Below, in pieces: positions 49,298 through 58,299 of a stretch of DNA of 64,000 nt. The translations under genes and the position numbers were made by a program. This stretch comes from an uncultured bacterium (lineage in GTDB: Bacteria > Muiribacteriota > UBA6191 > CAZXTJ01 > CAYOHP01). Below the pieces are notes generated by a model that saw nothing but the letters and a program-made list of their open reading frames with translations, was not told the origin of the DNA and did not search any database. The DNA lies in NCBI GenBank assembly GCA_964403795.1, contig CAYOHP010000017.1, positions 1,821-65,820 on the forward strand. The letters are read 5' to 3'. Position 1 is the stretch's first letter. Each line of letters opens with the position of its first letter.

Positions 49298-49821
49298 GGC
49301 TGTGCCGACTGCTCACCATCGTTGCCTTCCTGCTCTCGGTCGGTGCCGGCTCCGTCGAGGCCTGCTGCCGCCCGGTGCGCCGCGGGTGCTTCGCCAACCA
49401 GAAGACGATCGCGGGCGCGATCGAGATGTACAACCTCGACTTCAACCAGGCCGTCGACGTGATCCCGTGGGAGGTCCTGAAGCAGTACGGCTACCTCCAA
49501 TCGATCCCCGACGATCCCGGGGAGGGGCCCGGGAGCCGGGAGAACTACCTGCTCGTCGACGGCAGGGTCTTCTGCCTCCGACACGGGACGATCCAGGGAT
49601 CCGGCAATCCCCGCCAGGACCTGAGGGACCTCGGCGTCACGGATCCCGCGCTGCTGGGCCGGGCGGCGACCGAGGCGGCCGGCAGGTTCCCCGACGATCC
49701 TCCCCGGCCCGGCCAGGTCGCCTTCCTTCCCGCGGCGGCCGCCTGGTTCGCCCTGATCGCGGTCTCGCCGCTCCACGCCTACGCCCTGCCGCTCCGGGAC
49801 CCGTTGGGGACCGGGCCCTGA
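49294..49821 (+). CDS. Secreted protein with GspG-like pseudopilin globular fold but Sec-type (not prepilin) signal
   Basis: TTG start preceded by GGGAGGAG Shine-Dalgarno 5-6 bp upstream. MRLCRLLTIVAFLLSVGAGSVEA signal. NQKTIAGAIEMYNLDFNQ...LKQYGYLQSIPDDPGEG resembles pseudopilin signatures (xRTIATALEMYxxDNG...GYL...P.DPWG). Confidence 0.45.
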   Translation: MRLCRLLTIVAFLLSVGAGSVEACCRPVRRGCFANQKTIAGAIEMYNLDFNQAVDVIPWEVLKQYGYLQSIPDDPGEGPGSRENYLLVDGRVFCLRHGTIQGSGNPRQDLRDLGVTDPALLGRAATEAAGRFPDDPPRPGQVAFLPAAAAWFALIAVSPLHAYALPLRDPLGTGP

Positions 49822-50901
49822 TCAGGCCGCTCTTCGATGCGGGTTCCTGCGGGCTCCCCGGTGCGGCTCGTCGCGCCGAGCGATGCCCCGGGTGAGGCGC
49901 CCCAGCAGGTCGGCACCGGTGACCACCCGTCGGATCGGACCCCAGAGCAGGATCAGATCCTGATCGACCAGGTCGCCGCCCCCGCCGCGCCGGCGCGCCC
50001 GGAGCCTTTCCAGGACCTTGCCGAGCGGCGTCGCCGGATCCCTCACCAGGATCGGCTCGTGGAAGCACCGCGCCAGGTCGGCGCGTGGTCCGCCGAAGAG
50101 CACCCCGCGCAGGAAGCGGTGGGCGTCGAGCGCCAGGCGCGGCTCGCCCTGGGGATCGGTGAGCACCAGCCACTTCACCCCGGGGGCCGCCACGCTCTGC
50201 AGGAAGGGATCGTCAGGAGCCGGGCTCCACTTCGGGAGCACAGGACGCCCCCGGCGGATCGGGAGGGCCAGGACGCTGCCGGTCTCGAGGGGCGTGCCCA
50301 GTTCATGGAGGGGGAGGTCGTCGATGTCCAGGAAGTTCATGGCGCCCCGCCCCTCGACCGGCCCCACCTCCGAATCCGGGTGATGCATGTGGTGGTGGAG
50401 CAGGCGACGGAGTGCTCCCTCGCTCCAGGTCTTCACCTCCTCCGGTCCCAGCAGCCGGTCCAGCAGCCAGGCCGTGGGACGGACCACCGGGAAGAGCAGC
50501 ACGCCATAGACGTCCACCAGCGGCGCCAGCCTGGAGGCCACGCCCAGGGCATGCCGGGAGACATAGGCCTGGGGCAGGAGTTCCCCCAGGAAGGCGATGG
50601 CGAGCGTCGAGACGACGAAGGCCCCGGCCCCGCCGAGCAGCGAGCCTGCGAGCACGGTGAGTGCGCAGTTCACGGTGACATTGCCCCAGAGGATGGTGGC
50701 GAGCAGCCCATGGGGATCACGCCGGATGGCCAACACCCGCGCCGCCCTGGGGTCGCCTTCCGCGGCATCAGCCTCGAGGCGGATCCGGTTCACCCCGAAG
50801 AACGCCAGGTTGGCTCCCGAGAACATCGCCGACTGGCCCAGGCAGACGGCGAAGCCGGCCAACTGCCACTCGAACACGGTCCTCAGCCCCTCGCTCCGCA
50901 T
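49822..50901 (-). CDS. CNNM/DUF21 + CBS-pair transporter-associated protein (CorC/HlyC family)
   Basis: Internal start MRSEGLRTVFEWQLAGFAV. DUF21 TM domain (MFSGANLAFFGVNRIRLE...ILWGNVTVN) and CBS region. Abuts the convergent upstream gene (TGATCA). Confidence 0.65.
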   Translation of the reverse strand: MRSEGLRTVFEWQLAGFAVCLGQSAMFSGANLAFFGVNRIRLEADAAEGDPRAARVLAIRRDPHGLLATILWGNVTVNCALTVLAGSLLGGAGAFVVSTLAIAFLGELLPQAYVSRHALGVASRLAPLVDVYGVLLFPVVRPTAWLLDRLLGPEEVKTWSEGALRRLLHHHMHHPDSEVGPVEGRGAMNFLDIDDLPLHELGTPLETGSVLALPIRRGRPVLPKWSPAPDDPFLQSVAAPGVKWLVLTDPQGEPRLALDAHRFLRGVLFGGPRADLARCFHEPILVRDPATPLGKVLERLRARRRGGGGDLVDQDLILLWGPIRRVVTGADLLGRLTRGIARRDEPHRGARRNPHRRAA

Positions 50902-51086
50902 GGAATCTAGGTCCGGAGCGAGGGCTCGCCAACCCGGGTGAGAAACCGCGCCCCACGGCCCGCTGGGGTCGCACCCGGTCTCGGAGCCCATGGTCTCGCG
51001 AGACCGCGTCGGGGACCGACACACCGGGCGATGCGGCTGGGGATCGATCTGGCCCGGTATGTGCGAAGGCCAGCTGCGGAGGCCTC

Positions 51087-51941
51087 ATGTCGTTCCGAAC
51101 TCCCCGCATCCTTCGCCGCCGGCCGATGCTCCTGTCCGTCCTCTTCGTCTCGATCGGGCTGACCACGCCGCCCCGCTCCCTCCGGGCGGCCCCGGCCGGA
51201 CCGGAACCCGGAGGCCAGAGCGGTTTCCTCGGGCAGGAGGAGGGACCGGGTCTGCCTTCCGGACCGCTCCCGGGGCCTTCCGGCCCCGAACTCCGCGAGG
51301 CGCCCCTCCCGGCGCTGCGGGAAGTCCCCTCTCCCGCGCTCCGGGTCGTGGCAGGGCCGCCGGCACTCTCCGGGGACCTGGATCCCGACGGCTTCGTCTT
51401 CTCTTCGGAGTGGCCCAAGCGTATCCCGCTCGGGTCGGGTGGAGGCGGCGAGTCCTGGAGGGGATCGCCGAGGCCCGCGGTCTCGCAGGGCTTCCATCGC
51501 GGCCTGCTCCACTGGAGCTTCCTGCGCGGCCTGGACGACCACTCGCAGGCCAGTCCCTCGCTGGGAGAGGTCGAGGCCGACCTGTCGCGCCGGCGTGCCG
51601 GAGGCGAGCGGCTGGTCTCCACGCTGTACCGGGCCATGTGCGAATGGTCGGCTGCCCGCGACGGCCTGGCCGCCGCGGAGGGTCGGGATACCGAGGCTCG
51701 CCAGGCCGTCTGGAGACGATGGGTGGAAGAACTGGATGTCGAGATCGTGGCCCTCCGGGCGCTCGGGGCCCGGCTGGCGCCTTCCCGTAGCGCGGCGCTC
51801 CCCATGCACGAGGCCGCAGGCCGGATCTACGGAGCGAGCCCCGCGGGGAGCGTCGAGGAGGGCACCGCCCTGCGCTGGGTCGAGGAGCTGGAGACGGATC
51901 TCCGCGCCTACGGATTCGGCCCCGAGTCTCCGAGACCCTGA
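51087..51941 (+). CDS. Hypothetical secreted protein (Pro-rich N-terminal region)
   Basis: Signal-like MLLSVLFVSIGLTTPPRSLRAAPAG. Realistic downstream composition. The alternative long minus ORF here is Arg/Gly/Pro junk. Confidence 0.35.
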   Translation: MSFRTPRILRRRPMLLSVLFVSIGLTTPPRSLRAAPAGPEPGGQSGFLGQEEGPGLPSGPLPGPSGPELREAPLPALREVPSPALRVVAGPPALSGDLDPDGFVFSSEWPKRIPLGSGGGGESWRGSPRPAVSQGFHRGLLHWSFLRGLDDHSQASPSLGEVEADLSRRRAGGERLVSTLYRAMCEWSAARDGLAAAEGRDTEARQAVWRRWVEELDVEIVALRALGARLAPSRSAALPMHEAAGRIYGASPAGSVEEGTALRWVEELETDLRAYGFGPESPRP

Positions 51942-51962
51942 GCCGGTGCAACGGCAAGGCCC

Positions 51963-52646
51963 GTGTCTGGGGTGGGCGTGCCTCCGAGGTCTCCCCCCCG
52001 CTCCGCCACTCGCCGAGGCCAGAGCCGCTGTCTGGTTTGCGGTACCGGCGTCGGGCACCGGGACTCCGTCGCATGCCGGCGCTGCGAGACCCCGGTCCAC
52101 CCGGAATGCTGGAGCTACGCGGGTGTCTGCCCCGTCTACGGATGCCGGTCGCGGGAGCGGATCGAGGCTGGCCCGGGAGTCCCATCCCACCCCGTGACCG
52201 CGGCTCCCGCGGATCGAGGTCCTGGGCAGCGGGTGCCCGACTGGACCGACATGGGAGTCTGGGTACGCGACTGCGTGCTCGTGATCGTCCGGTTCGCCAT
52301 GATGCTGGGCCTGGTCCTGGCCATCCAGATGGAGATCGGGACGATCCGGGAGCCGACCCTCTGGTCGGTGGGCCTCCTCGTGACGTCGATCGGGTACGCA
52401 GCCGGGTACTCGTCCCGGTTCGCCATCCCGGAGAACTCGACCGGGGAGGGCGAACGCCATGGGGCCGCCTGGCTTCTCGGGTTCCTCATCGAGGCCGCAG
52501 TGGTGGCAGCGAGTTCCGTGGCCTGCATCCCGGTGGGAACGATAGGTCTGGCCTGCGTGCTCCATGGCGCAATGCCGGATCTCGAATGCACGGCAGCGAT
52601 CTGCGGCGCGCCCTATCAGCTGGGCCACAGGTTGGCCTGGGGCTGA
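51963..52646 (+). CDS. Hypothetical membrane protein with N-terminal Cys-rich zinc-ribbon-like motif
   Basis: CLVCGTGVGHRDSVACRRCETPVHPECWSYAGVCPVYGC (CxxC...CxxC...H..C) followed by ~4 TM helices. Confidence 0.4.
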   Translation: MSGVGVPPRSPPRSATRRGQSRCLVCGTGVGHRDSVACRRCETPVHPECWSYAGVCPVYGCRSRERIEAGPGVPSHPVTAAPADRGPGQRVPDWTDMGVWVRDCVLVIVRFAMMLGLVLAIQMEIGTIREPTLWSVGLLVTSIGYAAGYSSRFAIPENSTGEGERHGAAWLLGFLIEAAVVAASSVACIPVGTIGLACVLHGAMPDLECTAAICGAPYQLGHRLAWG

Positions 52647-52690
52647 GGGGGGCGTTACTCCAGCGAACCGGCCCGCGGCACGCCCGGACG

Positions 52691-53998
52691 CTATTCCTCC
52701 GGCTCGGCCTCTCCCCCGCCGCGCATGACGGTGAGCCGGCGGTACAAGGTCGCCCTGCCGATCCCCAGCATCCGGGCAGCCCGGTTGCGATTGCCGCCGC
52801 AGCGGTCCAGGGCGACCTCGATCTCGGCGTCGGTGAGCGAGGCCGTCCGTTCCCGCTGGGCACGCATGATCTCCCCGGCCTCGCGACTCCATCCGGTCCT
52901 CGGGGCCGAACCGATCCTGAGGTCCCGCGCCCGGAGGATCCCATCGAGGGATACCGCCGCCGCGCCCCGGAGCACATAGGCCAGCTCCCGGATGTTCCCG
53001 GGCCAGGCATGGGCCCGCATGGCGTCCTTGGCATCGTCGGCCAGCGAGATCCCGGCCGGCAGGAACTCCCGGGCCAGGAGGAAGAGGTCGTCGCCCCGGG
53101 CCCGCAGGGGAGGGACGTCGAGGACCACCGCGCTCAGCCGGAAGAAGAGATCGGCCCGGAACGTCCCCTCGGCGACCCGGGCCGCCAGGTCCCGGTGGGA
53201 GGCGCTCACCACCCTCACCCGGACCCGCAGCGTCCCGGTGCTGCCCAGGGGCCGCACCTCCCCTTCCTGCAGGGCCCGCAGCAACTGGGACTGGATCGCC
53301 GCCGGCAGCTCCCCGATCTCGTCCAGGAAGAGGGTGCCGCCGTCCGCCGCCACGAAGGCTCCCTGGCGGGCCGCTCCCGCCCCCGTGTAGGCGCCCTCGA
53401 CGTGTCCGAACAACTCGCTCCGGGCGGTCTCGGGATCCGAGAGCTGGGTGCAGTCCACGACCTGGTAGGGACCTTCGGGATCCCGCCCGAGGCGATGGAT
53501 GGCGCGGGCCAGGAGTTCCTTGCCGGTCCCCGTCTCGCCCTGGAGCAGCAGGGGGAGGTCGAGCGGCGCCACCTTCTCGACCAGCGAGAGCAGGTCGGCG
53601 AGCGCTCGGCTGTTGCCGATCACCCCCGCGAAGCTCTCCCTCCGGGGGGGCGTGACCGGGAGGTGGTCCGTCCGGGAGCGCAGCACGAAGGCACTCGATC
53701 CAAGGCGCACGGTCTGATCCGGGGCCAGGTCGGCATCGCGGACCCTGACCTTCTCGACGAAGGTCCCGGACCGGGACTCGAGATCGACGACCCGGTATCC
53801 GGTACCGGAGGGTTCGAGGCGCAGGTGCTCGCGCGAGACCGAAGGATCCCGGAACACCAGGTCCGCGGTCTCGGAACGTCCCAGGATCACAGGCTGGTCC
53901 GTGAGGGCCCGTTCGAGTCCGGCCTCGGGCCCCTCGGTCACGACCAGGACCATCCGTTCGAGCCGCAGGGCGACCCCCTGGGCCGAGGTGGTCAGCAT
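52691..53998 (-). CDS. Sigma-54-dependent transcriptional activator with N-terminal FHA domain (paralog 2)
   Basis: Internal start MLTTSAQGVALRLERMVLVV (alternative ATG 54 bp upstream). FHA (VILGRSETADLVFRDPSVSREHLRLEPSGTGYRVVDLESRSGTFV). AAA+ (GETGTGKE, ELFGHVEGAYTGA, DLFFRLSAV). HTH (AARMLGIGRATLYRRL). Confidence 0.9.
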   Translation of the reverse strand: MLTTSAQGVALRLERMVLVVTEGPEAGLERALTDQPVILGRSETADLVFRDPSVSREHLRLEPSGTGYRVVDLESRSGTFVEKVRVRDADLAPDQTVRLGSSAFVLRSRTDHLPVTPPRRESFAGVIGNSRALADLLSLVEKVAPLDLPLLLQGETGTGKELLARAIHRLGRDPEGPYQVVDCTQLSDPETARSELFGHVEGAYTGAGAARQGAFVAADGGTLFLDEIGELPAAIQSQLLRALQEGEVRPLGSTGTLRVRVRVVSASHRDLAARVAEGTFRADLFFRLSAVVLDVPPLRARGDDLFLLAREFLPAGISLADDAKDAMRAHAWPGNIRELAYVLRGAAAVSLDGILRARDLRIGSAPRTGWSREAGEIMRAQRERTASLTDAEIEVALDRCGGNRNRAARMLGIGRATLYRRLTVMRGGGEAEPEE

Positions 53999-54099
53999 GC
54001 TGCGGGTGGTGGATTCGCTCACCCCGCCATTGCACCAGAGGGCCGGTGCCATCGCAATTCCGCTCTGCCGCGTCCCAGGTCGCCCGTACACTCGTCCCG

Positions 54100-56148
54100 A
54101 TGACAGGTCCCGATCCCGACCCGCGCTACGGACGTCGCTACCAGGCGATCCGCCTGGTCGGGAAGGGCGCCAACGGCGAGGTCTACGAGGCCCTCGACAC
54201 CCGCCTGGAACGGAGGGTGGCGGTGAAGGTCTTCGGGGCGAGCCCCGACTTCGACGCCGGTCGGCAGCGCTTCACCCGGGAGGCAAGGCTGCTCGGTTCC
54301 CACCCGCACCCCGCGATCGTCGCGGTCCTCGATGTGGACATGGAGTCGGATCCGCCCTTCCTGGTGCTGGCCTGGATGCCGGGGGGAGACCTGGCGGACC
54401 TGCTGCGCCTGAGCGGTGCCCTGCCGGCGGCCGAGGTGGTCCGGATCGGTGCCCGTCTGGCCTCCGCCCTCGCCCACCTCCACGGGCTCGGGATCCTGCA
54501 CCGGGACGTGAAGCTCGAGAACGTCCTGCGGGACGAGGCCGGGGAGGTCGCGCTCGCCGACCTGGGCCTCGCCGCCGGTGAGGGCATGGCGCCCCTGACC
54601 AAGACGGGATTCCTGGTAGGGACGCCCCGCTACATGGCGCCCGAGCTCGCCCACGAGGGGGTCTACTCGGCGGCCTCCGACCTCTTCGCCCTGGGTGTGG
54701 TCCTGGCGGAACTGGGGACCGGGCAGCGGCGGAGCGTCTCGGCGCCCGACCGGGATCGGGAATCCGAGGACCTGGCGGGGAGCCTCGAGCCGGCGTCGCT
54801 CCGGACCCTGGTCCGCAGCCTCCTCCACAGCCAACCGGGATGGAGACCGGCCAGCGCCAGGGAAATCGCGGAACGCCTGGACGCGATCGGGAGCGAGCTC
54901 TCGGGCGCACCCGTGGGACGCGTCCCGACCTCCACCCTCGAGGACGCGACCAGCGAGGTCCCCGGATCCACGGTGGTGGCACCCGGGAGGCCATCTGCGG
55001 TCGCGGGGCAGGAAGCCGGGTGGTCTGCCGTGCGCCGCCGGGCGGCAGGCGCGGCGGTCGGCGCCCTGGTGGCGCTGCTGGCGATGTCATGGGCGAGGAT
55101 CCGACCCGTCCTCGGTGGCGATCCCGGTTCCGGGGATCCCCGACCCGGGTCGACGAACGTCCCTGCCCCGCCACCCGGGCCGGGAGCCGCGGAAGCGCTG
55201 GCGAAGGCCATGGCGCCTCGTCGCAGGTGTCTGCTCGAGAGCTGGGACCGGACCGACCCGGCGGCCCTGGAGGGACTCGCCGCCCGGATCGAGCGGGTCG
55301 CCGACCAGGAGTGCTTCCAGAGACGAGGGGAACTCCGGGAGATCCTCGCCCGCGCCCTCGACGGAGGCCGTGACGGCGCCACGGCCCCGGTCCTGGAAGC
55401 CTCGGCTCCCTGGTTCGAGGCTGCCGAGCAGGTGCGCCTGCTCACCATGGACCTCGGGACATGGAACCTGGAGCGCTTCGACCGTCGGGACGAGTTCCTG
55501 GCGATGACCGAACGCCTGGAGCAGGTCCAGGACCTGGATCGGCAGCTCGCTTCCGAGATCCTGGTGCCGCGGTTCTCGGAACGGGCGGGCCTGCTCGACC
55601 TGGCGATGCTCGCAGAGGCCCGGCGCACCGATCTGCTCCCGGGGTTCGACGACGTGCTACTGGCGCGGCGCCTGGCCGCCGGGCTCCGGGACGGGGGGGA
55701 GGTCGCAGGCGTCGACGCAGCCGGCACCGCGCTCGCCCGGCTGCTCGACCACGCGCTCCAGCGGGCCCAGACCGACGCCCTGGGACCCGGCCGGCCGCTG
55801 CCCCTGGAACACCTCGATCTCCTGGTCGGCCTGGCGATCCGTCCCGGGAGCCCGGATCGCCACCGGGTCTCGTTCCTCGACCACACCCTCGCCCTGGCGG
55901 CCCACTACGTCTTCATGAGCGCGTTCCGGGACGTGGTCCCTGCGGTACGCGCCGCCGAGCTGGCCCAGCGGCTCCTGGACCGGATCGAGCAGGATGGCGG
56001 TCGCGCCCGCTTCGGCTACCGCCTCCCTGAGGAAGGCTGGTGGGGGCCGCGGCAGCCGGCCTCGAACGCCACCAACCCGGCCGTGGCGGCGCTGCGGTCC
56101 CGCATCCTCTCGCTGCTCGGGCCGGAGGCGTCCCCGACCGGGAGGTGA
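54100..56148 (+). CDS. Ser/Thr protein kinase with TM helix and C-terminal domain
   Basis: Internal start MTGPDPDPRYGRRYQAIRLVGKGANGEVYEA (ORF begins at a GTG 54 bp upstream). HRDVKLENVL, DLGLA, GTPRYMAPE. TM (AAVGALVALLAMSWA). Divergent from the FHA sigma-54 activator with a ~100-bp intergenic region. Confidence 0.8.
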   Translation: MTGPDPDPRYGRRYQAIRLVGKGANGEVYEALDTRLERRVAVKVFGASPDFDAGRQRFTREARLLGSHPHPAIVAVLDVDMESDPPFLVLAWMPGGDLADLLRLSGALPAAEVVRIGARLASALAHLHGLGILHRDVKLENVLRDEAGEVALADLGLAAGEGMAPLTKTGFLVGTPRYMAPELAHEGVYSAASDLFALGVVLAELGTGQRRSVSAPDRDRESEDLAGSLEPASLRTLVRSLLHSQPGWRPASAREIAERLDAIGSELSGAPVGRVPTSTLEDATSEVPGSTVVAPGRPSAVAGQEAGWSAVRRRAAGAAVGALVALLAMSWARIRPVLGGDPGSGDPRPGSTNVPAPPPGPGAAEALAKAMAPRRRCLLESWDRTDPAALEGLAARIERVADQECFQRRGELREILARALDGGRDGATAPVLEASAPWFEAAEQVRLLTMDLGTWNLERFDRRDEFLAMTERLEQVQDLDRQLASEILVPRFSERAGLLDLAMLAEARRTDLLPGFDDVLLARRLAAGLRDGGEVAGVDAAGTALARLLDHALQRAQTDALGPGRPLPLEHLDLLVGLAIRPGSPDRHRVSFLDHTLALAAHYVFMSAFRDVVPAVRAAELAQRLLDRIEQDGGRARFGYRLPEEGWWGPRQPASNATNPAVAALRSRILSLLGPEASPTGR

Positions 56149-56241
56149 TCCGGGGGCGACCAGGAGGGTCGGACCCGACTCCGGAGGCCTCCCTGGCACC
56201 GCGCCCGGATGCGGGCTACCCTCGAAGGGGAGGTCGTGACG

Positions 56242-56775
56242 ATGCCCCTGCATCCCGGTCGCTGCCTGTTCCTCGCCTGCCTCCTGATGGTGCCTGCAGG
56301 CGCACTCCGGGCCGAACCGCCCCTGCCGTCCGACGAGCGCCTCGCCCTGATGGAGGAGGCTGCCGCCCCCCTCGACGGGGTCTGGACCGGTGAGTTCCGC
56401 CAGTTCGACCCGGGACGGTTCATGGGCTACCCGATGCGCATGGAGGTCACCAGCCGGACCGAGCCCGATGGACGGGTGCGGATCGAGGGAACCCTCCACT
56501 GGCCCACCCTGCGGGATGGTGTGACCTCGCTCTCGGGATCCCGGCGCGGCAACATGCTGCGTTTCACCGAACCGGAACTCCTGCAGGGCTCCGAGCTGGT
56601 GCTCCTCGGCGACTACCAGGCCTCGTTCCGGACCCCTGACCGGATCGAGGGTGTCTGGGTGCATCCGGACCGGAATGCCCGGGACGGCTTCGGGACCTTC
56701 GTGCTCGAGCGCAGCTCCCTGGCCCGGACCTGGCAAGTGCAGGAGCCGGGCTGGCTGGAGGCTCCGGGACGCTGA
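56242..56775 (+). CDS. Small hypothetical secreted protein
   Basis: Internal start MPLHPGRCLFLACLLMVPAGALRA (signal peptide). ~177 aa with balanced composition. Confidence 0.45.
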   Translation: MPLHPGRCLFLACLLMVPAGALRAEPPLPSDERLALMEEAAAPLDGVWTGEFRQFDPGRFMGYPMRMEVTSRTEPDGRVRIEGTLHWPTLRDGVTSLSGSRRGNMLRFTEPELLQGSELVLLGDYQASFRTPDRIEGVWVHPDRNARDGFGTFVLERSSLARTWQVQEPGWLEAPGR

Positions 56776-56793
56776 AGGGTCGTCGCCGGCCGG

Positions 56794-58179
56794 CTACCCG
56801 ACGCCGAGATCGAGTCGATCCGCCAGTTCCTCCAGCGAGGGGTGGAGGATCCGGCCGTCCCCCAGCGATCCGGCCTCGGCCGGGAGGTTCCGGGTGAGGC
56901 GCTTCAAGCCGTAGAAGCCGTTCATGGCCGCCGAGAGCACCTGGCCGCCACGGGAAAGCTGCCTCGCCCCTCGTACCAGGCGCGCCGCCACCCTCCCGGG
57001 CGAGAACGTCCGATCCCACAGTTCCCGGTGGGCCCGTAGCAGCTCGTCCGGCGTCATCCGCGCCGGCGTGAAGGCCACGTTGTAGCCGTTGTAGTGGTCC
57101 CAGCCGAGCTCCGGGCGGAGCCGACCCGAACCGAGCCATTCCTGGTAGATGCGGGTCCCCCGGAAGGGCGTGAGGATGCTGAGGAAGGGCACGTCGAACT
57201 CGAGCTCCTGGAGCTGGTCCGCCATCCGCACGATGCTCTCCGGCGTCTGGCAGTCGAAGCCCGCGATGAATCCGGCCATGACGCAGATGCCCCGGTCATG
57301 GAGGCGCTCCACCGCCTCGCCGTAGGCGGCCACCCGGTTCTGGCGCTTGGTCACGCTCTCGAGGGCATCCTCCTCGAAGCTCTCGATCCCGAGGAAGATG
57401 CCGGCACAGCCGGAAGCCTCCATGAGATCGAGCAGCTCGGGATCCCTCACGATGTCGATGCTGGCCTGGGTGAGCCACCACCGGTCGAGGCCCCGGAGCT
57501 CGCGCAGGAGGTCCTTGGCCCAGGCGCGCTGGACCAGCAGGTTGTCGTCCCAGAACCAGACCAGTCGCTCCTGCCACCAGTGGGGGAAGTGCGACCCGGC
57601 GACGTCCCGCACCACCTCCTCGACCGGCCGGACCCGGAAGCCCGGGTTCAGGTCGGGCACGGTGCAGAACCCGCAGGTGAAGGGGCAGCCCCGGGTCGCC
57701 TGCAGGACCCGCGGCACCATGAAGGCCGGCTCGAGCAGGTCGTAGCGGGGCGTGGGGAGGCCGGCCAGTTCCGGGGCACCACCCCGGTAGACCCGGTCCG
57801 GGGTCCCGGCCGAGAAGTCCTCCACCACCCGAGGCCAGATCGCATCGGCCTCGCCGGTCACCACCGCGTCGAAGTGCTGGAGGGCCTCGTCCACCCAGTA
57901 GGTGACATGGGGGCCGCCGGCCACCACCGGGACACCCAGGGCCCGGTAGGCGTCGGCGACCTCGTAGGCCCGGCGGGCGAAACCGGAGAAGAAGCTGATC
58001 GCCACCAGATCGGGCCAGCCGTCCACGGGTACCGGGCGCACCTGTTCATGGACCAGATCGACTTCGTGCTCGCGGGGCGTCAGCGCTGCCAGGTGCATGC
58101 CCGTCACCGGGGGAACCATGTGCCAGGCATGCCCCCGGAGGTAGCGGGGCAGGTAGCTGACCACGATGCGGATCCTCAC
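56794..58179 (-). CDS. B12-binding-domain radical SAM protein (canonical CxxxCxxC)
   Basis: Putative GTG start (MRIRIVVSYLPRYL, Rossmann strand of the B12 domain). Radical-SAM motif ATRGCPFTCGFCTV. Upstream ORF portion is junk. Alternative ATG starts lie 60-80 bp downstream. Confidence 0.7.
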   Translation of the reverse strand: MRIRIVVSYLPRYLRGHAWHMVPPVTGMHLAALTPREHEVDLVHEQVRPVPVDGWPDLVAISFFSGFARRAYEVADAYRALGVPVVAGGPHVTYWVDEALQHFDAVVTGEADAIWPRVVEDFSAGTPDRVYRGGAPELAGLPTPRYDLLEPAFMVPRVLQATRGCPFTCGFCTVPDLNPGFRVRPVEEVVRDVAGSHFPHWWQERLVWFWDDNLLVQRAWAKDLLRELRGLDRWWLTQASIDIVRDPELLDLMEASGCAGIFLGIESFEEDALESVTKRQNRVAAYGEAVERLHDRGICVMAGFIAGFDCQTPESIVRMADQLQELEFDVPFLSILTPFRGTRIYQEWLGSGRLRPELGWDHYNGYNVAFTPARMTPDELLRAHRELWDRTFSPGRVAARLVRGARQLSRGGQVLSAAMNGFYGLKRLTRNLPAEAGSLGDGRILHPSLEELADRLDLGVG

Positions 58180-58299
58180 GAGGCGCCTCCCTCGGTCCCT
58201 GCGAAGGTAGCCCGGCCCCTGCTCCCGGAGACGCCGGGCACCGGCGGCGGCACCCACCGGATACACTCGGAGGGGTCGGATCCCCGCACCGGAACCTCC

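Noticed and set aside
50907-54035. 1042-aa minus-strand ORF
   Set aside because: Only its C-terminal ~435 aa (FHA sigma-54 activator, 52691..53998) look genuine. The N-terminal two-thirds are Arg/Gly/Pro-rich junk overlapping two more plausible plus-strand genes (51087..51941, 51963..52646).
56180-56200. TGGCAC hexamer upstream of the small secreted protein gene (56242) as a sigma-54 promoter
   Set aside because: No GC dinucleotide at the required -12 spacing (sequence CTGGCACCGCGCCCGGATGC puts GC ~4 bp too far). Considered a chance occurrence.
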